Positions 37,104 through 45,745 of a stretch of 64,000 bases of DNA are shown here, piece after piece. Position numbers and translations under genes: made by a program. This DNA is from Desulfurobacteriaceae bacterium. Its GTDB lineage: Bacteria; Aquificota; Aquificia; Desulfurobacteriales; Desulfurobacteriaceae. The first letter of the stretch is position 1, and each line of letters opens with the position of its first letter. Below the pieces are notes generated by a model. It had not been told where the DNA came from. It ran no database searches and saw only the letters and a list, made by a program, of their open reading frames with translations. The DNA lies in the NCBI GenBank assembly GCA_027068415.1, contig JAMOTD010000017.1:3074-67073 (forward strand), read 5' to 3'.

Positions 37104-38036
37104 TTGCTTCTTTCCCTTTGTCCTAACCCCTGCCTTGACGTTTACTACTACACAGGAGTTTTAAAAGAGGACGACACGAACCGCGTTGAGAACCCTCTTC
37201 TCTCTCCCGGGGGAAAGGGGGTTAACGCCGCAAGGGTTGCTTCAAGGTTCTGCTCCGGCGTTTTCCTGGCTTTACCTTTGGGAGGATGTATAGGGGGGTG
37301 TGTAAAGGAACTTCTTGAAGCAGAAGGACTTTCCCTTATCGTCGTTGAGACCCAGGAAGAAACCAGAGTAAACACAATCCTTGAGCAGAGGGCAAAGGGG
37401 AGCCACATTCTCATAGCCTCAAGGGGAGCTCCCATTAAAGAGAGCGAGATTGAGAAGTTAAAGTACGCAGTCTGTAAGGAGTGCTCGCCGAGGGTTTTAA
37501 TCCTCGGGGGAAGTGTCCCCCCCGACCTTCCCTCCACCTACTACGCCGAGATTGTTGAGAGCTTTAAGGGAACGGAAACAAAAGTTATAGTTGATGCAGA
37601 CGGGGAGCTCTTAAAAAACGCCATAGAGGCCGGCCCTTTTGCCGTAAAGCCCAACAAGCACGAGCTTGAGCGTTTTGTGGGGCATTCTTTATTGAGCTTT
37701 GAAGACGTAGTCTCTGCGGCTAAAGAAGTTGCGAGTCATGGTGTTGAGGTGGTTATTGTCTCTTTGGGTGAGCACGGAGCCCTCGCCCTCTATCAAGATG
37801 AGGCTTACAGAATTATTCCTCCTAAGGTTGAAGTGAAGAATACAGTAGGAGCTGGAGACTCTGTTGTTGGGGGGTTTGCCTGTAGGTTATACTTAAACTC
37901 TGAGGTTGTAGAGGCTTTAAGGTTTGCCGTTGCCTGCGGGACTGCCACCGTAGTAGAAGAGGGGACGAAACTCTGTAGGCCTGAAGTCGTTCAAAAATTG
38001 GTTAAGGAAACAAGGGTTTTTAAATTCTCTCTTTAA
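37104..38036 (+). CDS. PfkB-family sugar kinase (1-phosphofructokinase/tagatose-6-P kinase type)
   Basis: CPNPCLDV, SPGGKGVNAARV, VKNTVGAGDSVVGGF. Confidence 0.75.
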   Translation: MLLSLCPNPCLDVYYYTGVLKEDDTNRVENPLLSPGGKGVNAARVASRFCSGVFLALPLGGCIGGCVKELLEAEGLSLIVVETQEETRVNTILEQRAKGSHILIASRGAPIKESEIEKLKYAVCKECSPRVLILGGSVPPDLPSTYYAEIVESFKGTETKVIVDADGELLKNAIEAGPFAVKPNKHELERFVGHSLLSFEDVVSAAKEVASHGVEVVIVSLGEHGALALYQDEAYRIIPPKVEVKNTVGAGDSVVGGFACRLYLNSEVVEALRFAVACGTATVVEEGTKLCRPEVVQKLVKETRVFKFSL

Positions 38037-38054
38037 ACCCTTTGAGGCTGAAAA

Positions 38055-39092
38055 ATGATTAACGATAAGGAGTCTAAAATAAGAAAAAAGACTCTTATTC
38101 TCTTCTCTTTTATGGCGGTAGCCTTCTTAAGTACTTTTGGTTATTACAATTACGCGTTTGAGCTAAAACAGTTGGGTATATTTGAACTTTTTAGTGCCTC
38201 AATTATTGCTACTAATTTAGTCTTCTTTGTGTTTTCTAAGAATTACTCTTTCTCATCTACAGTTTTCCTTTTAGTTATTACTGCTCTTTTTATAGCTCTT
38301 TTAATTACAGGGGGAATTCATAAGACGGGAATTTTTTGGCTTTACCTCTATCCGGTTGTAACTACTTTTCTTAAAGAACCCTCTAAGGCTTTATGGTGGA
38401 ATATCTCTTTTACTGTTTTGATATTTCTGGTCTGTGTTGCTGACTATTTTGGTATTATCTCACTGCCTTACGATGAGATTACCCTTAGACAGGCAATTGT
38501 TGTTTACTTTTCCGTTCTTATTCTCTCTTACTTTTACTCCAAGCTTTCCACGGAGCTTGTAAACAGCATGAAGACCCTTGCCGTTCGCGACCCTTTAACC
38601 GGACTTTACAACAGGGCTTTTGCCCTTTCATATCTTACACAGGAGCTTGAAAAGGTAAAAAGGCGTGAGCTTAAAAATCTCTGCGTTGCCTACATTGACC
38701 TTGATAATTTTAAGCTCGTAAACGACCTTCTTGGCCACTCTGTAGGAGATAACGTTTTGAGCGATATAGGGGAGCTCCTTCGGCAGCACTTCAGAAAGGG
38801 CGATGTCGTTGCAAGAATAGGGGGAGACGAGTTCATAATAATCTTTACAAACTGCGACCCCAAAAGAATTTCAAGAAGGTTGGAGTTCTTAAGGAAGAAA
38901 ATAGAGAACAAGTTTAAAAAGTTCGGTTTATCAATGAGTTTCGGTCTTGCTGAAGCCCCTAAAGATGCTCTTCTGCCCAGCTTCCTCGTTAGAATTGCCG
39001 ATGAGAGAATGTACAGGAACAAGAAAGCCCGTAAGATGGTAAGAGGGAGGGTAGAGGGCCTTAAAGAGGCCCCCGAGGAGATTTCTGACTAA
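38055..39092 (+). CDS. Diguanylate cyclase (GGDEF) with multi-TM N-terminal sensor region
   Basis: About 5-6 hydrophobic helices, then RDPLTGLYNR, DLDNFKLVND and ARIGGDEFIIIF. Confidence 0.85.
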   Translation: MINDKESKIRKKTLILFSFMAVAFLSTFGYYNYAFELKQLGIFELFSASIIATNLVFFVFSKNYSFSSTVFLLVITALFIALLITGGIHKTGIFWLYLYPVVTTFLKEPSKALWWNISFTVLIFLVCVADYFGIISLPYDEITLRQAIVVYFSVLILSYFYSKLSTELVNSMKTLAVRDPLTGLYNRAFALSYLTQELEKVKRRELKNLCVAYIDLDNFKLVNDLLGHSVGDNVLSDIGELLRQHFRKGDVVARIGGDEFIIIFTNCDPKRISRRLEFLRKKIENKFKKFGLSMSFGLAEAPKDALLPSFLVRIADERMYRNKKARKMVRGRVEGLKEAPEEISD

Positions 39093-40147
39093 ATCTCATC
39101 CCACCCTTCAACGGCACTTGCCTGGTTGTAGCTGGTTACCGTAGCCTCAAAGAAGTTTGCCTTAACGTTCCCTTCTCCGCCGGTATCTGCAATCCTCTCA
39201 AGGTGCTCGTAGGGGTTGGGTCTATCGGGGAAGATTGGCTCAAGGCCGAGGGCTTTTAACCTCTTATTTGCAATGTAGTAAGTGTAATCCTCAATTGATT
39301 GTTCATTCATTCCCAAGATTTTGTTGCCGATTACCTTCTTGCTGAACCTCTGCTCTTGGTCAACGGCGATTTTGAACATCTTGTAGATTTTGTCTTTTGT
39401 CAGGTACTTCTTAAATCCTTCGTCGGTTAGGTCCTTCATAAAGTGCTCAAAAAGGATGACGTGGGTTAGCTCGTCCCTGTTGATGTACCTGATTATGTCG
39501 GCAGTCCCCTGCATCAAGTTCCTTGAGGCGAGGTTGTAGAAGAACATGAAGCCGTTGTAGAAGTAGAGTCCCTCAAGGAGGTAGTTTCCGATTAAAACCT
39601 CCCCGTAGTTCTCCATAGTGGGCTCTTCAAGGAACTTCTGATAGATATCTGCAATGTACTTGTTCCTCTCAAAGAGAATCGGGTCTTTCTTCCACCAGTA
39701 GTAAACCTCCTCCCTCTTCTCTGCCGGAACAACGCTCTCAATTGTGTAGCCGTAGCTCTGGGAGTGGATTGCCTCCTGATAAGCGTGGATTGAGAGGTCA
39801 ATCGTAATTTCGGGAGCTTTAACGTAGGCGGCGATATTGGGAATGTTTGTTGTCTGAATTGAGTCAAGGAAAACGAGGAATGAGAGGATTTCGTCGTAGG
39901 CCTGTCTCTCGTCGTCGGTTAACTCTTTATAGTCCTGAACGTCCTGAGTAAGGTCAACGGTCTCGGGTATCCAGAAGTTGGCCATCATTACCCTGTAGAG
40001 CTTCGGTGCCCACTCGTACTTAATTACGTTCAGGTTGAAGATGTTTGTCGTATCCCCGTGGAGGATACCCCTCTTTGCCGGGTCGTCGTTCCCCTCGGGG
40101 TTAAAAATCGGACGGGGTTTCATTAACTCTTTTCTTATGTCTCCCAT
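39089..40147 (-). CDS. nrdB: Class I ribonucleotide reductase beta subunit
   Basis: FWIPETVDLTQD, FLDSIQT, HAYQEAIHSQSY, and EGLYFYNGF...RDELTH di-iron ligand motifs. No intein. Confidence 0.9.
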   Translation of the reverse strand: MGDIRKELMKPRPIFNPEGNDDPAKRGILHGDTTNIFNLNVIKYEWAPKLYRVMMANFWIPETVDLTQDVQDYKELTDDERQAYDEILSFLVFLDSIQTTNIPNIAAYVKAPEITIDLSIHAYQEAIHSQSYGYTIESVVPAEKREEVYYWWKKDPILFERNKYIADIYQKFLEEPTMENYGEVLIGNYLLEGLYFYNGFMFFYNLASRNLMQGTADIIRYINRDELTHVILFEHFMKDLTDEGFKKYLTKDKIYKMFKIAVDQEQRFSKKVIGNKILGMNEQSIEDYTYYIANKRLKALGLEPIFPDRPNPYEHLERIADTGGEGNVKANFFEATVTSYNQASAVEGWDEI

Positions 40148-40157
40148 GGAGCCTCCT

Positions 40158-41221
40158 CTATGTCGGTCTGAACGTTCCTATTATAACCCCGTCCCTCTCT
40201 TCCTGTTTTTCAAATGTGATTTCCGGGTGGTTGGGGAGCTCCTCCTCTATGAACCTTTTCAAGTATTCGTTTGCTTCCTCAGTGCTTATGTTCAAATTCC
40301 ACCTCGGCAGCCAGCTTCCGATTATAAGGCCGGTTTTTACTTCTCTATCTCTATCTATCCAGGAAAGGAGCGCTTTAAGCAATTTAGTTTTAAACTTCTC
40401 ATAGTTCGCTTCTATATTTTGAGACTGAGGAGAGTTGGTCCCTAATTTTTCCAGAAACTCATCAAGTTCCCATTTATAAAGGATGCTATCATAAGGGTTT
40501 TTAGAGTCGTGAAATCGTTTTAGATAATTTAAATCTTCGGACTTGATGATTTGTTTTACTGTTTCTAACTTATCGTTTAGCAGATAATGTATGGAATTTT
40601 TTATAGCTTTTTCAATTTGGAAGTCAAAATAGAGTATTTCGTTGTTTCTTAAGGTTGAAAGGTAAATTGAATTAACTCTTTCTCTAAATGTTGCCAATAT
40701 AATGGGTAATCCTGTGTGTTCTTTAAGCCAAACTATAAGGGGATATAAATCTATGTCGCAGGTTGCTATTACCACTCTGTCTGCTGGAATTTTCTTAATT
40801 GTTAAGTCTTCTATAGCCGATAGTGCAAGCGCAAGGTCTGCCGAATTTCTGGCTTTTTTCTTTTTTTGTGGGGAATGAACGGTGTAAAGGGTGTTGCTCC
40901 CACTTGGTGCAGTTGGGTAGGAAGGCCGGGAGAGAACCTTTGGGCGTGGGGTAAGTTTTCGTACTCTGCAAATACTTTAAAGCATAGAAGGTGAAAGTCG
41001 GAATTTGTAAAGGACATATTTGTTCTTATATCCCGGATAAAGTTGAGAAGGGTCTCTCTGAGAAGAGAAAACTGGAAGAGAGTTAAGTCTTCATTAGCAG
41101 GTAGTTGAAGGGCTGAGAGAAAAGCCCCGTAAATGTTGTCAAAATCCACGTATACAGCTACTCTTGAGATAATGGCCAATTCCCCCTCAATAAATAGTAG
41201 GGGAGAGGAACCTCCCCCCAA
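40158..41221 (-). CDS. NYN/LabA-like (PIN-like nuclease fold) protein with C-terminal extension, split by a -1 frame change at an A_AAA_AAG heptamer
   Basis: The N-part ORF (40811..41221) has VAVYVDFDNIYG. After the poly-A tract, the -1 frame reads KARNSADLALALSAIEDLTIKKIPADRVVIATCDIDLYPLIVWLKEHTGLPIILATF, which is the second half of the NYN fold, and continues to 40158. Confidence 0.6.
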
Positions 41222-41391
41222 TAGTTCGGTAATATTTGTAGCAATAGATAGTGGTGAGGGGTTAGCCCCCTCGGAATAGTTTGTGGGGAGGTGGGCTCCC
41301 CGGTAATAGTTTTTAATATCTTCCTGCTTAGGAATAATATACCTAATTTAGCCGAATTAGGTTTAAAAATTTTTAATTTTGTGGGGTAATT

Positions 41392-42594
41392 TTGGCGAAG
41401 TTTGAAGAGTTCTTTGAAGGGAAGGAGTTTAACTGGAAGCCGGGGCTTGAGAGGGTAAAAAGGGCCGTAGAGGAGTTCGGAGGTAAGGATTACCCCTCGG
41501 TTATTGTTTCAGGAACCAACGGTAAGGGTAGCACGGCGGTTCTGACAGCAGAAGCCCTCGTAAGGCAAGGTTTTACCGTCGGTCTCTTTACCTCTCCCCA
41601 CGTTTACAGGTTTAACGAGAGGATTAGGGTAAACCTTAAAGAAGTTGAGACCGAAGAGCTTGATAAAGCTTTTGAGAGTGTTAAGCCCCTTTTTGAGGAG
41701 TTTAACCTAACCTACTTTGAGGCCTCTCTCCTTTTAGCCCTTGAGGTTTTTAAGATGAAGAGGGTTAACTGTGCCGTTTTTGAAGTGGGGCTCGGCGGAA
41801 GGCTTGACGCTACAAACGTCTTAACCCATCAGGTCGGAGTTTTAACGAAGGTCTCTCTTGACCACAGGGATTGGCTCGGGGAGACTCTTGAAGAGATTGC
41901 CCGGGAGAAAGTTGCAGTTTTCAAAGAGGGGATGGTAGGGGTGGCTCTTAATAACCCTCCGGAGGTTTTAGAAGTTTTGAGGGCCGATTTTAAGGGGGAG
42001 CTCCACCTCTACGGCCGTGATTTCTGGACTGAAGAGGTTAAAGTAAGCCTTGAGGGAGCCCGCTTTTACTACATGGGGCAGCTGCCGGTTAAGTTAAAGA
42101 TGGTAGGGAGCCACTACGCCGAGAATGCAAGCGGTGCAATAAGGGCGGCACAGCTCTTAACTGAGAGGTTCTTGGGGAGGAAGTTCCTGATTCCGGGGGA
42201 GTTTAGCTCAACCCTCCCCGGGCGGTTTGAGGTTTTAAAGAGTGAGCCCCCCTTTATCTTTGACGGAGCTCACAACCCTCAGGCCTTGAGGGCCCTTTTC
42301 ACCACTTTGAGGGAGTTGGGGGTTAATGCTTCAGTAATCTTCGGGGGCTTTAAAGATAAGGAGCTGATGGAAAACCTTAAAGAGGTTAAGGCTTACCTTG
42401 AGAGCTCGGGGGGGAGGTTCTACGCCGTTTCACTTCCTCCTCCCCGGGGTCTGTCGGCGGTGGAGCTCCTAAAGGCCGCCGGCAAGTTAGGAATTAAAGG
42501 GGGAGAGCTTGAGACTGTTAAACTGAACGAGTTTAGAGAGCCTGCGGTTTTAACCGGCTCCTTCTACTTAGGAGGTAAGGTTGAGAGAAGTTGA
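41392..42594 (+). CDS. folC: Folylpolyglutamate synthase / dihydrofolate synthase
   Basis: VSGTNGKGST P-loop, EVGLGGRLDATN, DGAHNPQA. Confidence 0.85.
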   Translation: MAKFEEFFEGKEFNWKPGLERVKRAVEEFGGKDYPSVIVSGTNGKGSTAVLTAEALVRQGFTVGLFTSPHVYRFNERIRVNLKEVETEELDKAFESVKPLFEEFNLTYFEASLLLALEVFKMKRVNCAVFEVGLGGRLDATNVLTHQVGVLTKVSLDHRDWLGETLEEIAREKVAVFKEGMVGVALNNPPEVLEVLRADFKGELHLYGRDFWTEEVKVSLEGARFYYMGQLPVKLKMVGSHYAENASGAIRAAQLLTERFLGRKFLIPGEFSSTLPGRFEVLKSEPPFIFDGAHNPQALRALFTTLRELGVNASVIFGGFKDKELMENLKEVKAYLESSGGRFYAVSLPPPRGLSAVELLKAAGKLGIKGGELETVKLNEFREPAVLTGSFYLGGKVERS

Positions 42595-43462
42595 GTTTTC
42601 TTGGAAGAGGAAAAGACCCGAAGACTTCATTGTTAAAGAGGTTAGCGACTTTGAGGAGGACGAGAGAGGAGAGTACTACCTCTACCTCCTTGCCAAGAGA
42701 AACTACACGACGAAGGAGCTGGCGAAGGCCTTCAACCTCTCCTACGCCGGAATGAAGGACAGGTTCGCCCTTACCTTTCAGAAGGTCTCCTCCTCCGATT
42801 TTCTCGGAGACTTTATTTCAAACTCCGACGGTGAGAAGTGGTTTGCCCTCAAGTTTTTAAAGAGAATCCGCAGGAAGGTGAAAATCGGCCAGCTTAAAGG
42901 GAACAGGTTTGTCGTTAACCTTTCCGGCTTTCCCGTTAAGGAGAGAGGAGTGTTTATCAATTACTACGACGTTCAGAGGGTTTCGGGAAACAGGGAGAGG
43001 GGAAGGGAGCTCCTAAGGAAACTCCTTAAAAGGCCGAGGAGAAGGCTTAAGTGGATTGAAAACTTCCTCCTTGATTCCTACCTCTCCTACCTGTGGAACA
43101 GGAGTTTGGAACTCTACCTAAAGGAGAGGTTCGGAGGCTACTACTTGGTTGACGGAGGAGAGAAGTTCTTTATTCCCGAGGGGTTGGAGGAGGAGTTCTC
43201 AGAGCTCCCCAAGTTCTGGACTATTCTCGGCTACAAAAAGAAGCTTCTTGACTCTGAAGCCTATTACGAAGAGGTTTTAAAGGGTGAGGGTTTTACCCTG
43301 AAGGATGTTTTGGAGGGGCTGAGGGCCCTTGGCATAAAGGGAGACTACAGAATGAGCTACGTTCTGGTGAGAGATTTCAAAGTTATAGGAAAATACGGCC
43401 ACTTCTTCCTGCCCAAGGGCTCCTTCGCCACAATGTTCTTAAAACACATTCAGGCGGTTTAG
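42581..43462 (+). CDS. Short TruD-like pseudouridine synthase paralog
   Basis: PEDFIVKEV, YAGMKDRFALTFQ (catalytic-Asp motif), and LKGNRFVVNL. 293 aa, shorter than the TruD at the window start. Confidence 0.6.
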   Translation: MREVEFSWKRKRPEDFIVKEVSDFEEDERGEYYLYLLAKRNYTTKELAKAFNLSYAGMKDRFALTFQKVSSSDFLGDFISNSDGEKWFALKFLKRIRRKVKIGQLKGNRFVVNLSGFPVKERGVFINYYDVQRVSGNRERGRELLRKLLKRPRRRLKWIENFLLDSYLSYLWNRSLELYLKERFGGYYLVDGGEKFFIPEGLEEEFSELPKFWTILGYKKKLLDSEAYYEEVLKGEGFTLKDVLEGLRALGIKGDYRMSYVLVRDFKVIGKYGHFFLPKGSFATMFLKHIQAV

Positions 43463-43464
43463 TT

Positions 43465-44325
43465 ATGGAAGGGAAAATTAAAGAGCTCTACTCCTACATC
43501 TCCCCCTGTAGGCTCTGCCCGAGGGAGTGCCTCTCAAAGAGGAGAGAGGGAGAAGTTGGCTTTTGTAAAGTCTCTGATAAACCAATGGTTTCCTCCTTCG
43601 GACCCCACTTCGGCGAGGAGCCGGTCTTAGTCGGTTTCGGTGGAAGCGGAACGATTTTCTTTACCGGCTGTAACCTCGGCTGCGTCTTCTGTCAGAACTA
43701 CCAGATTTCTCACCTTATGGAGGGGGAGTACATCTCGGTTTCAGACCTTGCCGACATAATGCTCCACCTTCAGGAGAGGGGCTGCCACAACGTTAACGTC
43801 GTTACCCCTACCCATCAGGTTCCCCAGATTTTTGCGGCGGTTGAAGAGGCAAGGAGGAGAGGCTTAAAACTGCCGATAGTCTACAACTGCGGAGGCTACG
43901 AGAGTGTAGAGGTTTTAAGGGAGCTCCGAGGCCTTGTCCAGATATACATGCCCGACTTTAAAACCTTAAGCCCTGAGTTTGCCGCAAAATACCTCAAAGC
44001 CCCCGACTACCCCGAGGTTGTTCAGGATGCCCTCCTTGAGATGCACCGTCAAGTCGGCGACCTTGAGGTAAACGAGTACGGGATAGCGACTAAGGGATTG
44101 ATAGTAAGGCACCTCGTAATGCCGAGCTGGACTGAAGACAGTAAAAGAGTTTTAAAGTGGATAGCAGAGAACCTCGGGAGGAATACCTACACCAACGTTA
44201 TGGAGCAGTACTACCCCTACTACAAGGCCTGCGACTACCCCGAAATCTGCAGGAGAATTACCCCTGAGGAGTTTGAAGAAGTTTACTCCTATGCAAAGAG
44301 GCTCGGATTAAGGCTTGCGGTTTAG
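43465..44325 (+). CDS. Radical SAM protein, PflX-like (COG1313-type activase family)
   Basis: N-terminal Cys pair CRLCPREC plus the radical-SAM cluster GCNLGCVFCQNYQIS. Confidence 0.7.
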   Translation: MEGKIKELYSYISPCRLCPRECLSKRREGEVGFCKVSDKPMVSSFGPHFGEEPVLVGFGGSGTIFFTGCNLGCVFCQNYQISHLMEGEYISVSDLADIMLHLQERGCHNVNVVTPTHQVPQIFAAVEEARRRGLKLPIVYNCGGYESVEVLRELRGLVQIYMPDFKTLSPEFAAKYLKAPDYPEVVQDALLEMHRQVGDLEVNEYGIATKGLIVRHLVMPSWTEDSKRVLKWIAENLGRNTYTNVMEQYYPYYKACDYPEICRRITPEEFEEVYSYAKRLGLRLAV

Positions 44326-44333
44326 GGGGATAG

Positions 44334-45281
44334 GTGTTGAGGATAGAAAAGGAGGTAATCTTAGCTCCGATGGCGGGCTACACCCACTCGGCCTTCAGAC
44401 GCCTTGCAAGGGAGCTCGGTGCCGACAGAACCTACTCGGAGCTCATGAACGCAACCGGGATTATCTATAGAGGAGACGAGAGGGAGCTCTCCTACTTTAC
44501 CGATTTGGAGCGCCCGATTCACCTTCAGGTTTACGGAAGGAACCCCGAGGAAATCGCTCGGGCCTCTGAAATCCTCGTTAAAAAGTACCGCCCCGATGCG
44601 ATAGACATAAACTTCGGCTGCTCGGTTAAGAAGGTCTTAAAGGCGAAGGCCGCGGGCTACCTCCTCCAGTTCCCGAAGGAGATGGGAAAGATAGTTGAGG
44701 AGACGGTTAAAACCCTTAAACCCTACGGCGTTCCCGTTACTGCTAAGATAAGGCTGGGCTTTTACGAGGATAACTTAGAGGAGATAGCCGAAAACCTCCT
44801 CTCTGCCGGAGTCTCTGCAATTGCTCTCCACGCAAGAACCGCAAATCAGGGCTTTACCGGAGTGGCCGACTGGAAAAGGGTTAAAGATTTGAAAGAGATG
44901 GCAGGGAGCGTCCCCGTGATAGGCAGCGGAGACATCAGGAGCTGGAGAGAGATTAACGAGAAGTTTGAGGAGAGCGGCTGCGACGGGGTTATGGTGGGAA
45001 GGGCTGCGGTTTCAAACCCGTGGATATTTAAAGAGTATAGGGAAAAGAGGGACATTGAGGTTCCCCTGTCCGAGAGGGTTGACTTTATTCTGAAGGAGAT
45101 CTCTCTGATGTGGGAGTTCTTTGATAGGGAGAGGGCGTGCCGGGTAATTAAGGCCCACGTAACTCAGCTCTTTAAGGGAATAAGAGGTAAAGCAAGGCTT
45201 AACGACGCCGTTATGAGGAGTAAAACCTGCGCAGAGCTCATTGAGAGTCTCCTGAGGATTAAAGAGGAATTCTCCCCCTGA
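44334..45281 (+). CDS. tRNA-dihydrouridine synthase
   Basis: LAPMAGYT, DINFGCSVKKV, ALHARTA, GSGDI. Confidence 0.85.
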   Translation: MLRIEKEVILAPMAGYTHSAFRRLARELGADRTYSELMNATGIIYRGDERELSYFTDLERPIHLQVYGRNPEEIARASEILVKKYRPDAIDINFGCSVKKVLKAKAAGYLLQFPKEMGKIVEETVKTLKPYGVPVTAKIRLGFYEDNLEEIAENLLSAGVSAIALHARTANQGFTGVADWKRVKDLKEMAGSVPVIGSGDIRSWREINEKFEESGCDGVMVGRAAVSNPWIFKEYREKRDIEVPLSERVDFILKEISLMWEFFDRERACRVIKAHVTQLFKGIRGKARLNDAVMRSKTCAELIESLLRIKEEFSP

Positions 45282-45285
45282 CCAC

Positions 45286-45314
45286 TTTACAAACCACTCT
45301 CCCTTTGATAAATT
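45286..45314 (+). promoter_or_regulatory. Sigma70-like promoter for rpsO
   Basis: TTTACA-17 nt-TAAATT upstream of rpsO. Confidence 0.4.
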
Positions 45315-45360
45315 TCCACTTGCCTTTTGCCACCGGTGAAACAGTAATGGGAGGTCTTAG

Positions 45361-45630
45361 ATGCCACTGGATAAGGACGTAGTGCAGGAAATCGTTAAGA
45401 AGTACGGCTTCCACGAGAAGGACACCGGCTCTCCGGAAGTTCAGATTGCAATCCTTACAGAGAGGATTAAGAACCTTACCGAGCACTTTAAGGAGCACAA
45501 GCACGACAACTACAACAAAAGGGCCCTTCAGAGGCTCGTAGGACGCAGGAAGAAGCTCCTCAAGTACCTCAAGGAGAAGGACTTCAACAGGTACAGGAAT
45601 ATCGTCCTTAAACTCGGTCTCAGGAAGTAA
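45361..45630 (+). CDS. rpsO: 30S ribosomal protein S15
   Basis: [27 protein letters not shown]...[13 protein letters not shown]. Confidence 0.95.
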   Translation: MPLDKDVVQEIVKKYGFHEKDTGSPEVQIAILTERIKNLTEHFKEHKHDNYNKRALQRLVGRRKKLLKYLKEKDFNRYRNIVLKLGLRK

Positions 45631-45635
45631 ATTTC

Positions 45636-45658
45636 GGGGCGCTCCGCCCCTTTCTCTT
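45636..45658 (+). terminator. Intrinsic terminator/attenuator after rpsO
   Basis: GGGGCG-CTC-CGCCCC followed by TTTCTCTT. Confidence 0.6.
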
Positions 45659-45745
45659 CCTTCCCTCCTTATCCCCTCCCTGTGATATTATTCCTCTGTT
45701 CTGTATTAAATTCTTTAATAAAAACACAATTACCGGAGGTTTTCT

